NCBI GenBank assembly: GCA_964035545.1
Contig: OZ037773.1
Location: forward strand, 2,261,751 to 2,325,750
DNA from: Bugula neritina
Lineage: Eukaryota > Animalia > Bryozoa
Length of the DNA stretch: 64,000 bases
Direction of reading: 5' to 3'
Shown here piece by piece: positions 50,361 to 63,161 of this stretch. Numbering within the stretch: position 1 is the stretch's first letter; each line of letters opens with the position of its first letter. The notes under the pieces were generated by a model that saw only the letters and a program-made list of their open reading frames with translations, was not told where the DNA came from and did no database searches. The position numbers were made by a program, and so were the translations under genes.

Positions 50361-52906
50361 CCATGTTGACGGAAGTTACATTTGTTAACGTATAGTATTT
50401 TTTTATGCAGATAAAGCAAAGACAAAATACTTTGCTGCAACTAATTTTTAGTGCATATTTGGAAGAAGAAGTCATCAGTGCTTGAAAATAATGGGACCTA
50501 CTGACTTGGGTAAAAATAATATATATTTTAGTAATACTACCATGCATGTATATAACATAAAGACAGGGATGGAGTTATTACTTTTCCACTCAATATGTAG
50601 ATATCGTGCCGTTATCCCAAATATTGTGTATATATTTTGATGTATAACAATGAATCATATATTATTATTTTTTATTTTTAAATATTTTTTGCTCTTACAA
50701 TTATGGTGTTTTTACAAATGTATGGGTGTTGGTTTTGTATAACTTACTAAAAATAAACTAAAATATAAAACTTCATACCTGGTCTTGTAGGTTAAAAATG
50801 TATGTTATAATTGCACACTTCTTTCCTTTGTCATAGACAGTTTAGTATCCAATTTTTCACAATGTCTCTGCGCTTTAAAAGAAATCTTTCAAACTTACAA
50901 AAGCTTTATAGGGCATCACCTCAAAAAAAGAAAACCTTGCTTAAATCGGCTAATGGTGATTTAATTGGTGCACTTTGTGATTGTGCTTGCAATATAATTT
51001 GAGGAAATGTTCTTTTGAATTCAAAGCAGTTCAATAATCTTAGGATGCATCATTAAGTAATTAAAAGCTCTCACTAATAAGTCGAGTGTCAAAAATGAAC
51101 AAAAAATCATTCAAAAAGGCGGATTTATTAGATTGCTGTTGAAGCCTCTTGCTAAGATCTTGATGGGTGGACTTTTAAGTTGACATCATAAAAAAGTATG
51201 ACTTAATTGATCCATCAAAATATGAAATGCTTAAATCAGCTGCTAGTGCTGGAAATGAAAAGCGACAAAATAGTTCTGACATGTCTGTGCATCCAAATAT
51301 TAAAAATGTAAAAGAGATAGATCAAAAAATGGAAGAAACACTAAATAAATCAGATTTGACAGATTTTGAAAAGGTTGAAAAATACAATGCACTACTAGAG
51401 AAATATATCAGAAACTTTAGGAATGCTCTTGAAACCTCAAAACCTGAAATAATCCTTGGTGAACCTGCTTCAAAAACTATAGACTTAAATAATACCACAG
51501 AAAACAAAAGCAATAATCAGTTTCAATCTCTTGAAGAATCACTTGACAGTATTCCTATATCATGCCGCCAAAAAGCTCGTTAATTGGTGAATTTCTTGAA
51601 AAACAACAGCTCATTTTCTGTTAATCAAGACAAGGAACTGCTTTAAGAAAATCACGTATTAAGAGGTTCAAATGTTAATCAATTAATCAATTAATCAATG
51701 ATGCAGTACAAAACAAAAAACCAATAACAAGCAATGCATTATCTACACAGTTTGTAGAAAATTTGAAAGCAGAAGGATACCCAGCTAAACAGATATTGTC
51801 CAAGAGCCATGTCCAAAACCCTCCAATAACATCTAAGATAAATCTTATTCCAAAACTGACAGAAGCAAGCCTCAAAGGCGTTTAGCCCCATATAAATATT
51901 CGTCTCAAACAGTAGATGACATACTGAAAAACTGGCTTTCTTAAAAATGACCAAAAAATGCAAAGCCAAAACCCCTAGCACATTGGACAATTCTTATTTC
52001 AATCTACGAGAAGTTGGAAGCTTAGGTGGAAAGTGTGGATTTTTCAATCGTTTGGCTCAGAATTCTGAGCCAATGGATATAAATATAAATCTAGAACAAT
52101 TTCAAAATGGTTGCAATCTCAAGAAGCTTATACTCTTCGCAAGCCTGTTAGGCAAAAACTTATTCGAATATCTACATTAGCTAATGGAATAAATGATCAG
52201 TTCCAAGCTGATCTGATTGACATGCAAAAACATAAAAATTCAAATTCTAATCATGGTTATATCCTAACTGTTGTAAATGTGTTTTCAAAGTTTTCATAGG
52301 CTAAGCCGTTAAAGTCAAAATCTGGACAAGAGGTCGCTCAAAAATTGAAAGACATATTTACTTTACGCAAATGTAGGGTGCTGCAAACAGACAAAGGAAA
52401 AGAACTTTATAATACAAAGGTCAAGACTTCATTAACAAAGTTTGATATATTACACTTTTCATTGGAAAATGACGACATAAAGGAGGCAGTTGTAGAGAGG
52501 TTTAATAGAACTCTTCAAACTAGATTATATCGATGGTTTACCAAAACCCAGGAGCATAACTAGACTAATGTCATCGAACACATTGTTGATTTATATAACA
52601 ATACCGTCCCCTCATCAACAAAATTTTCACCAGCAAACATTTATAAGGAAAATGAAGAAGATGTTTGGCTTAATTTGTATGGAAACTTGAAAGCGCCTAG
52701 TCTTTTGAATGCAAGGCTAAAAACTAATGACATTTTTAGAATAAGCAAGTACAAACATGTTTTCAGTAATGGATATATAGAAAATTGGTCTATAGAAAGT
52801 TTTATTGTCAGTCAAGTTTTTTGAAACTGATCCTGTAACTTATTGTCTCAAAGATCAACAAAACGAATTAATTCATGGTTGGTACTATGAAGATGAGCTG
52901 CAAAAA

Positions 52907-53152
52907 GTTATGCACCCGCACAAAGAAATATCTGTTAAAGCCATGAAGATCATGAATGAAAAGCATCCAGCCTAACACACTACAACAGGCTATCCACCAT
53001 AACAAGCCAAGAGATACAGACTGCTGTGAAGCTAGTTTTGCCAAAAGATTTGGCTAAACACGCTGTGTAGGAGGGCGCACAAAGGTTGTAACTAAATACA
53101 CCATCCCTAAGTAATCTTACCCAGCTCCACTAACCCCGCTGGGCCTTTTCAG
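52907..53152 (+). pseudogene. H2B: Histone H2B C-terminal half, copy 3
   Basis: Same sequence and the same lesions as 42470-42716. Confidence 0.85.
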
Positions 53153-56100
53153 TAAATTGAATTTAGTTGTCAAAACTATATGTCTGTTTTGTTATTTGAT
53201 ATTCAATCATGTTTTATAGCACATAATGAATCATTGACTATTTAATATTTTAAATTCATTTATTTATTTGCGATTGTATTGTAACACCCTATAAGACTTA
53301 CCAGATCAGTATTATGGCATAGTTTGTTTTAAATTTCAAAATAGAGAGCTGTTTGTCAACTTAAAATAGCTAAAATAATGTTAATAATCATTTCTTATAG
53401 TTTGGTTTATGCATGGAAGTTTTAATATTTATTACTTGAAGAGTTGTTTTTAGCTTTCTATTACTGGCCACAGTACAAAGCCTATAGTTAGTAGTGAAAC
53501 CTATTTTTCAATTTTCTGCACCTTTTATTGCTAGACTAAGTTACAAAGTATTGTAACGGGCGTTACAGAATTATAGACTGCACATACATGCTGGACTTCG
53601 CAAGGAAAGAAAGAAGTATTAAATTCATTCCCCAAATCTGTTTACAAACCAGGGATGATAGTTAACAAAGCATGATAAAATTTAATTTTCAATTAAAAGA
53701 AACCACGCAATGGAGTGTATCAGAACTAAACATTTAAAAGTTCTTGACATCATAAATTTCATAGCTCCATGGTTTTCATGTGCAAATTTTATCAAAGCAT
53801 ACAATTGTAGTATGAAGAAAGGCTTTTGCCCACATGAATATGTCATATCATTAGAAAAGCTCAATGAAAATTCTCTGCCTGCACATGAAGCTTTCTACAG
53901 TAGTCTAACTCAATCAAATATCACAGCAGCAGACTATCAGAATTGTAAACAGGTTTGGCAAAACAAAAACATGCTCACAATGAAAGATTATTTGATTTGT
54001 TACAACATTCCTGATGTATTACCATTTTAGAGGCAGTTGAAAAACAACGCATAGTTTATCGTGAAAAAGGCATTGATATATACAAGGATGGAATTAGTGT
54101 TCCATCTTTAGCTACTAAACGGTTATTTAATGAATCAAAGACTAAAAACTTTTCTATTCCGTTGATTGGCAGAAAAAATGCATACTTGTATAAAACTATA
54201 CGGAATAATATTATTAGGGGTCCAAGTATTGTTTTCCACAGGTATCATGAAGCTGACAAACAGCATGCTACATAAAAACAGCTCAAAAGGTGCCAAAAAA
54301 AACAAGAAAGAAAGGAGAAAAAAACTTTTAGATTAAAAATGTTTATTATAATTGCACACTTCATTCCTTTGTCATAGACAGTTAAGTATCCAATTTTTCA
54401 CAATGACTCTGCGCTTTAAAAGAAACCTTTCAAAATTACAAAAGCTTCATAGGGCATCACCTCAAAAAAAGAAAACCTTGCTTAAATCTGCTAATGGTGA
54501 TTTAATTGGTGCACTTTGTGATTGTGCTTGCAATATAATTAGAGGAAATGTTCTTTTGACTTCAAAGCAGTTCAATAATCTTAGGATGCATCATTAAGTA
54601 ATTAAAAGCTCTCACTAATAAGTCGAGTGTCAAAAATAAACAAAAAATCATTCAAAAAGGTGGATTTATTGGATTGCTGTTGAAGCCTCTTGCTAAGATC
54701 TTGATGGGTGGACATTTTCCAAACGTTTGGCTCAGAATGGGTATAAATATAAATCTAGAACAATTTCAAAATGGTTGCAATCTCAAGAAGCTTATACTCT
54801 TCGCAAGCCTGTTAGGCAAAAATTTATTCGAAGATCTACACTAGCTAATAGAATAAATGATCAGTTCCAAGCTGATCTGATTGACATGCAAAAACATAAA
54901 AATTCAAATTCTAATCATGGTTATATCCTAACTGTTGTAAATGTGTTTTCAAAGTTTTCATGGGCTAAGCCGTTAAAGTCAAAATCTGGACACGAGGTAG
55001 ATCAAAAATTGAAAGAAATATTTGCTTTACGCAAACGTAGGGTGCTGCAAACAAACAAAGGAAAAGAATTTTAAAAATACAAAAGTCAAGACAGTAAATT
55101 GAATTTAGTTGTCAAAACTATATGTCTGTTTTGTTATTTGATATTCAATCATGTTTTATGGCACATAATATATCATTGACTATTTAATATTTTAAATTAA
55201 TTATTTATTTGCGATTGTATTGTAACACCCTATAAGACTTACAAGATCAGTATTATGGTGTAGTTTGTTTTAAATTTCAAAATAGAGAGCTGTTTGTCAA
55301 CTTAAAATAGCTAAAAAAATGTTAATAATCATTTCTTATAGTTTGGTCTATGGAAGTTTTAATATTCATTACTTGAAGAGTTGTTTTTGGCTTTCTATTA
55401 CTGACCATGCAGTACAAAGCCTAGTTAGTAGTGAAATTTATCTTTCAATTTTCTGCACTTTTTATTGCTAGACCAAGTTACAAAGTATTGTGACAGGTGT
55501 TACAGAATAGACTGCACATACATGCTGGACTTCGCAAAGAAAGAAAGAAGTATTAAATTCATTCCCCAAATCTGTTTACAAACCAGGGATGATAGTTAAC
55601 AAAGCATGATAAAATTCAATTTGTGATTAAAAGAAGCAACGCAATGAAGTGTATCAAAACTAAACATTTAAGATTTTTTGACATCATAAATTTTATAGCT
55701 CCATGGTTTTCATGTGCAAATTTTATCAAAGCATACAATTGTAGTATGAAGAAAGGCTTTTTCCCATATGAATATGTCATATCATTAGAGAAGCTCAAGG
55801 AAAATTCTCTGCCTGCACATGAAGCTTTCTACAGTAGTCTAACTCAATCAAATATCACAGCAGCAGACTATCAGAATTGTAAACAGGTTTGGCAAAACAA
55901 AAACATGCTCACAATGAAAGATTATTTGATTTGTTACAACAATCCCGATGTGTTAACATTTTTAGAGGCAGTTGAAAAACAAAGCATGGTTTATCGTGAA
56001 AAAGGCATTGATATGTTCAAGGATGAAATTAGTGTTCCATCTTTAGCTACTAAACGGTTATTTAATGAATCAAATACTAAAAACTTTTCTATTCCGTTGA

Positions 56101-56195
56101 TTGGCAGAAAAGATGCAGACTTGTATAAAACTATACAGAATAATATTATTAGGGGTCCAAGTCCTGTTTTCTACAGGTAACATGAAGCTGACAAA

Positions 56196-56312
56196 CAGCA
56201 TGCTACAGAAAAATAACTCGAAAGGTGCCAAAAAAGACCAGAAAAAAAGGAGAAAAAAACCGAAACCGTACACAGCGCTTACCTTTAAAACATTCTAAAA
56301 AAAGTCCACCTC
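56196..56312 (+). pseudogene. H2B: Histone H2B N-terminal fragment (shorter copy at 54260-54325)
   Basis: AACAGC-ATG context shared with 38129. Reads M...NSKGAKKDQKKRRKK, then after a frameshift SAYL*NILKKVH, resembling H2B YSIYIYKVLKQVHP. Confidence 0.7.
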
Positions 56313-57589
56313 AGAAAAAAGAAAACCTTGCTTACATCAGCTAATGGCGATTTAATTGGTGCACTTTGTGATTGTGCTTGCAATATAATTAGAGAAAATG
56401 TTCTTTTGAATTCAAAGCAGTTCAATAATCTTAGGATGCATCATAAACAATTAAAAGCTCTCACTAATAAGTCGAGTGTCAAAAATAAACAAAAAATCAT
56501 TCAAAAAGGTGGATTTATTGGATTGCTGTTGAAGCCTCTTGCTAAGATCTTGATGGGTGGACTTTTAAGTTGACATCATAAAAAAGTATTACTTAATTGA
56601 TCCATCAAAATATGAAATGCTTAAATCAGCTGCTAGTGCTGGAAATGAAAAGCGACAAAATAGTTCTGACATGTCTGCGCATCCAAATATTAAAAATGTA
56701 AAAGATATAGATCAAAAAATGAAAGAAACACTAAATAAATCAGATTTGACAGATTTTGAAAAGGTTGAAAAATACAATGCCCTACTAGAGAAATATATCA
56801 GAAACTTTAGGAATGCTCTTGAAACCTCAAAACCTGAAACAATCCTTGGTGAACCTGCTTCAAAAACTATAGACTTAGTAATACCACAGAAAACAAAAGC
56901 AATAATCAGTTTCAATCTTTTGAAGAATCACTTGACAGTATTTCTATATCATACCGTCAAAAAGCTCGTTAATTGGTGAATTTCTTGAAAAACAACAACT
57001 CATTTTCTGTTAATCAAGATAACAAACTGCTTTACAAAAATCAAGTAATAAGAGGCTCAAATGTTAATCAATTAATCAATTAATCAATGATGCAGTACGA
57101 AACAAAAAACCAATAACAAGCAATGCATTAATTACACAGTTTGTAGAAAATTTGAATGCAGAAGGATACCCAGCTTAACAGATATTGTCCAAGAGCCATG
57201 TCCAAAACCCTCCAATAACATCTAAGATAAATCTTATTCCAAAACTAAAAAAAGCAAACCTCAAAGGCGTTTAGCCCTATATAAATATTCGTCTCAAACA
57301 GTAGATGACATACTGAAAAACTGGCTTTCCTAAAAATGACCAAAAAATGCAAAGCCAAAACCCCTAGCACATTGAACAATTTTTATTTCAATCCACAAGA
57401 AGTTGGAAGCTTAGGTGGAAAACGTGTATTTTCGAAACGTTTGGCTCAGAATGGATATAAATATAAATCTAGAACAATTTCAAAATGGTTGCAATCTCAA
57501 GAAGCTTATACTCTCCGCAAGCCTGTTAGGCAAAAATTTATTCGAAGATCTACATTAGCTAATGGAATAAATAATCAGTTCCAAGCTGA

Positions 57590-58293
57590 CCTAATCATCA
57601 AAGGATATAGCTGTAATAAGGAGGTGAAACTTCCTAATGCGTATTCTGCAGAACAAATATCAGCCAAGTATGGGTCTATTCCACAGGCAGGTGCTCTTAC
57701 CGCCTGGCCACATTTACAAGACTTAGCAAAAAACATAGTCAAGGGACAAAACATTTCAGTAGGGCTACTCATTGGAAGCAATTGCCCATTAGCCTTCAAA
57801 CCTAGCGAGGTACTAGTCGGAAATGACACAGACGATGAACCATTTGGCGTACGTACTGGCCTAGGGTGGGTTATCATGGGTAGTCTAAATACAAATAACA
57901 CACAAGATGACAATTCAGGCAACAAAACAACAATAGTCAATAAAACCGTAACTCATTCACTCAAGAAAGCTAAAACATCAGTATCTTTCAAATGCCAAAC
58001 TGAAACATCAAAACAAATAAATAAAATAATTAATTTATTGGCTCAAGATTTCAAGGAATGTGTAACAGACAAGGAAGCCGCTTCTGTAGAAGACAGAGCA
58101 TTTTTGTCTCTCATGAAACAAAAAACAAAGATCATTGATGATCATGTCACCATGCCTTTACCTTACAAACACAAACCACCGCTAGATAACAGTTTTAAAA
58201 CAGCAAAAAACCGTTTCAACTCACTGCTGAGAAAGTTCTCTGAGTCCAAGACTTGGAAAACCAGTACAAAGAGTTTATGGAAGACTAAAAACC
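57590..58293 (+). mobile_element. BEL/Pao fragment, copy 2, fused in frame to the Polinton integrase N-terminus
   Basis: ORF 57336-58328 switches from QFQADLI to IKGYSCNKEVKLPNAY...WPHL...LLIGSNCP. Confidence 0.8.
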
Positions 58294-60080
58294 CCATGTT
58301 GACAACAGTTACATTTGTTAACGTATAGTATTTTTTTATGCAGATAAAGCAAAGACAAAATACTTTGCTGCAACTAATTTTTAGTGCATATTTGGAAGAA
58401 GAAGTCACCAGTGCTTGAAAATAATGGGACCTACTGACTTGGGTAAAAATAATATATATTTTAGTAATACTACCATGCATGTATATAACATAAAGACAGG
58501 GATGGAGTTACTACTTTTCCACTCGATATGTAGATATCTTGCTGTTATCCCAAATATAGTGTATATATTTTGATGTATAACAATGAATCATATATTATTA
58601 TTTTTTATTTTTAAATATTTTTTGCTCTTACAATTATGGTGTTTTTACAAATGTATGGGTGTTGGTTTTGTATAACTTACTAAAAATAAACTAAAATATA
58701 AAACTTCATACCTGGTCTTATAGGTTAAAAATGCATGTTATAATTGCACACTTCTTTCCTTTGTCATAGACAGTTTAGTATCCAATTTTTCACAATGTCT
58801 CTGCGCTTTAAAAGAAATCTTTCAAACTTACAAAAGCTTTATAGGGCATCACCTCAAAAAAAGAAAACCTTGCCTAGATCTGCTAATGGTGATTTAATTG
58901 GTGCACTTTGTGATTGTGCTTGCAATATAATTAGAGGAAATGTTCCTTTGACTTCAAAGCAGTTCAATAATTTTAGGATGCATTATAAAGAAATAAAAAC
59001 TCTCACTAATAAGTCGAGTGTCAAAAATAAACAAAAAATCATTCAAAAAGGTGGATGTATTGGATTGCTGTTGAAACCTCTTGCTAAGATCTTGATGGGT
59101 AGACTTTTAAGTTGACATCATAAAAAACTATTACTTAATTGATCCATCAAAATATGAAATGCTTAAACCAGCTGCTAGTGCTGGAAATGAAAAGCGACAA
59201 AATAATTCTGATATGTCTGCGCATCCAAATATTAAAAATGTAAAAGATATAGATCAAAAAATGGAAGAAACACTAAATAAATCAGATTTGACAGACTTTG
59301 AAAAGGTTGAAAAATACAATGCACTACTAGAGAAATATATCGGAAACTTTGGGAATGCTCTTGAAACCTCAAAACCTGAAACAATCCTTTGTGAAGCTGC
59401 TTCAAAAACTATAGATTTAAATAATACCACAGAAAACAAAAGCAATAATCAGTTTCAATCTTTTGAAGAATCACTTGACAGTATTCCTATATCATACCGT
59501 TAAAAAGCTCGTAAATTGGTGGATTTCTTGAAAAACAACAACTCATTTTCTGTTAAACAAGATAACGAACTGCTTTACAAAAATCAAGTATTAAGAGGTT
59601 CAAATGTTAATCAATTAATTAATGATGCAGTACGAAACAAAAAAATAGAAATAGAAAAGCTTGATGATGAATTTTTAAAGCTGTGGGCAAGATGCTTGCA
59701 AGGGCATTGAAGAGTGCTGCTATAGAGTGTGGCGAAAGTTTCACTCTGAGTGACAATACATTAATCCAACTGGCTAATTCACAGTTACAAGGTCGAGAAA
59801 GCAATTATTGCTCTGAATTCAAAAACCTATTTTTGTTTTGGAGATGAGGGTAACAAACTTAGTACAAAAAGAATAATGAAACGATGTAATGACATAAAAA
59901 AGAATTTTTAAATGTGCTAAATAACAAATCTAGAATGCATGGAACAAATAGGGGAATTATGAGGCGCAACAACAAAGTCATGACTTATAATCAAACTAGG
60001 GCTGGTCCTAATTTTTTCTATGCTAAGCAAAAAGTAACTAGTAATGGAGTTACTACTTTCCCACTCGATATGTAGATATT

Positions 60081-60499
60081 ATGCTGCAAAACAAACAAGA
60101 AGCAAAGATTGTTATTGTTGGATTAGCTAGTCACACAGCAAAAAACAGCTCATACCTCTACTCTCCATTCAAATTTGAAAATTATGATGTGTCCTCAGTA
60201 AACCTAACTGTAAATAGTCATAATGTACTAAACACTCCTTTGCAACTTAATTTTGGGAAAGATATCTATGTGCGTATCATAACCTCATGTCAGTATGTGA
60301 TAAGAGCTTCATGAATGAGGGCAACAATATATCTGTGGAAGAATTTAGAGAAAGTGTCTGCTTATTTGCTTTTGATAATACTCCTGATCAGTGTCATGGT
60401 GAAAGAATTTACTTGATTCTAACGTTTCGTAAGCCAACTGAAGAAACAATTAGCGTATTAGTGTACACAGAAACAGATGATCTGATTGAGATTGATTAA
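60081..60499 (+). pseudogene. Polinton double-jelly-roll capsid-type protein, C-terminal fragment
   Basis: IVIVGL..NSSY..SPFKFE..LTVN..PLQLNF..YVR, LFAFDNTPD and VLVYTE..LIEID, with a frameshift. Confidence 0.75.
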
Positions 60500-60529
60500 G
60501 ACTTGAGTAGCAACAAGAGCTTCAACATC

Positions 60530-61005
60530 ATGAACACTCTTCAATTGTTGGAAGTTTTGAGCAAAGACCAATTTTTGACAAAAATATTTCAATATGTTCT
60601 CCCATTAGACAAATTTATGCAGACCAAGTTTTCTTTCTCTTCATCAATTATATTCACCTATGATACTTCAGAAAAGTCAGGAAGCCACTGGGTGGCAGTG
60701 TTTATATCCGAAAAAGGAAAAATAAAATATTTTGATTCATCTGGCATTAAGCCTATTACAAAAGAACTATTGTCTAAAATTTGCTCTTTATTAAACTTAT
60801 GCCTCGTTTCAATTTAATCAGATTTCAAAGCAAATCTTTTGCTTGTGGACAATACTGTTTAATATTTTTGATGCTTCGAGCTAGAGGATTTTCTTTTATT
60901 CAGAATTTGTTGTTAGAATGCTCTACACCACATGAGAAAGATCACATATTAAACATGTTTATTAATAAATTGACAGGGTTTAACCTAGATGCTCACAAAA
61001 TGTAA
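60530..61005 (+). pseudogene. Adenain-like cysteine protease of Polinton, frameshifted
   Basis: GSHWVAV, YFDSSG and FQS...CGQYC give the H/D/C catalytic motifs. Confidence 0.85.
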
Positions 61006-62534
61006 TTAAAGCACCACATATTGCATGCATGAAATTTTTTTGTAAAATTTTCTTAATAAATATTTTTAACCTTACAGTATATACTACTATTGATTGAACC
61101 AAATTTATCGTCTAGCACAGTAATTATTCAAGCGTAAAGAAAAAAATTATTATATAATTAATTACCCCAGCCGCGAGTAAAATGATATCTCGGTGCGAGT
61201 AATGGGGAATATAACACAAGGATGGGGGTCCCAAATCCTCCACATATACTACTCTTAACAACGGTTTTGTCAAGTTTACGTCCAGCATATGAAAGAGAAA
61301 GCAAGGGTACAACACTGTCCAAGTACACCATATTGTTCACACAGGTTATTTGAAGGGACTTGGGAGAAGCTAAAACCACAATATGATAGATAGAACTCAC
61401 TTTTGCTACATATCTACATATGTGTGCAGCAGCTTATTGTTGACGATGAGTAGGAACTTATATGCTATACACTCTATAAAGCGAAAGGCAGCATGACTAA
61501 TCAATCCATCTGGCTTAATCAACATATTTATAGCTGGTACAGTATGGGTAACGAGGGGGGGGCACAACGGTCATAGGGGTACAAAAAGCCGGCCAAATTG
61601 TGAGAGAACTTATTGACTTAGAATTATAATTCTTTTTAATAAAAAGATATTGACATAATTATTCAGCCTTTGCAGTTACAACACTTGCGAAACATACGTG
61701 TTGAAAAGGCGAGTAAAAAATTGTTTTTACCTACTTTTTGTAATTTTTTAGAATGTCGTTAAAACTTTATAACTTTTTATACTCAAAGGCAAGAAGCCTA
61801 TATTTTACTAATATTGTTGCCATTGTTTGTCTCTACATTGCTTAACTAGTATAACAGCAAACACTGAAATAAATTTTCTTTGAGGCACATTTATTTTCAA
61901 TTAGGCCACACAGGGCACAATGGGCCACTTATTGCACCCTGATCACTGTTATTAGTTTTTTTCCCCAAAAAGTTGGTTGAAATGTTACTAAAATTTATAA
62001 ATATAGCCATTTCTGATATTTCTGTAAAATATCAAAGACATCACGGTAAGACTACAAAACTACAAGTTGAAGCTTCCCTAATATATACATCTGATGAGGT
62101 TAAAGCTTTGCCATTTTATACATAATACAAAACACTCTGCTGTTGCTACTAGTAGATAGTCATGATAATCATTATATATTACACCACTGAGGGAATATAC
62201 ATGTATTTGACTGAAATAAATTGTGATTTGCTCATTTGCTCCCCCCTCTCCCTTCCGTACTCCAGTCACAAACCTGATCAGCCATGCATGCATCTTAGCT
62301 ACAGTTCATAGAAAAAAGTTCACTCGAAATGTTGTAGTAAATGTTACTAAAGTTATTTTTTAGTAAAAGTTCCTCTGAAGTGAAAATAACAGAATATTTT
62401 TAGTTCTAAACAGTAATGATAATGGCACTGCAGAACTAAGAGACGTGCGTTTGATTTTGCCTTCCTCTGCTATCCGTAGTTGCACAAACTGTACAACTAA
62501 AACATGAATTTTATATATAATATACCAAACGACA

Positions 62535-63135
62535 AGCTCCCTGGCAACCACCAGTAACACTATGAAAACATGCAATTGCAAGTGTCTACTCTCTAATATC
62601 ATATACCAGGCCACCATAACATCACTAAACAGCTCAAACACATACATCGGACTATGTGAAACTAACTTTAAAAAGCGCCTATACAATCACTCCTGCTCTT
62701 TCAAGCATAAAAGATACAGAAATGCCACAGAGTTGAGTAAGCATATATGGACAAAGGCACCAGCTACACAATCAACTGGAAGATTATTAGTCATGCGCCC
62801 AGCTATAACCCCAACTCTAAACGTTGCATGCTATGCACTTTAGAAAAATATTATATTATATGCAAACCCAGCCTATGTACATTAAATAAAAGATCTGCGT
62901 TAAAATCAACATGCAGGCATAGCTCTAAGTTTTACTTAAACCGGTTCAAATATATAAGCTTTGTTTAATAATAATGCCTATTTTTCCTTTTAATACTTTA
63001 GCTATATTTTAAATCCATACAATTTTTACATTCCAATTCTGTTGTTTCACTATTTTATACATCACCCTGACGAGTGGCAGTAATTTCATGCTACGAAACA
63101 AATTTGTAGGTGATATAATTGATTTTAAATAAAAG
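62535..63135 (+). mobile_element. Penelope-like element 3' remnant (GIY-YIG endonuclease and pLTR region)
   Basis: [52 protein letters not shown]. Frameshifted and followed by a hammerhead motif. Confidence 0.85.
63061..63114 (+). ncRNA. Type I hammerhead ribozyme
   Basis: AUCACC-CUGACGA-GUGGCA(GUAAUUUCA)UGCUAC-GAAA-CAAAUUUG-UA-GGUGAU: stems I and II pair, the core is intact, stem III is palindromic and the cleavage triplet is GUA. Confidence 0.88.
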
Positions 63136-63161
63136 ATCTTAGTCAATTACAACCTTCATAC

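Larger units (their letters stand above)
38830..61005 (+). mobile_element. Tandemly duplicated, rearranged mosaic of decayed Polinton/Maverick (adintovirus-like) genes with H2B, Gypsy, BEL/Pao and host-gene fragments
   Basis: The small-ORF module recurs seven times (about 38.9, 40.4, 45.2, 50.8, 54.4, 56.3 and 58.8 kb), integrase pieces five times and pPolB pieces repeatedly. Many stops and frameshifts. No TIRs or packaging ATPase recognised. Confidence 0.9.

Noticed and set aside
41700-52900. In-frame TGA codons in the array read as selenocysteine
   Set aside because: They replace Arg or Trp codons present in sister copies and co-occur with other stops and frameshifts.
40000-60000. Strand-specific G-to-A hypermutation between copies
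   Set aside because: Several TGG to TAG/TGA changes are visible, but so are C-to-T changes. Asymmetry cannot be claimed without an alignment.
38830-61005. Intact, active Polinton
   Set aside because: Integrase, pPolB, capsid and protease are all disrupted, and no TIRs, ATPase or penton were recognised.
61535-61950. Possible MITE or Polinton terminus
   Set aside because: The inverted match at the ends is too short and weak to support.
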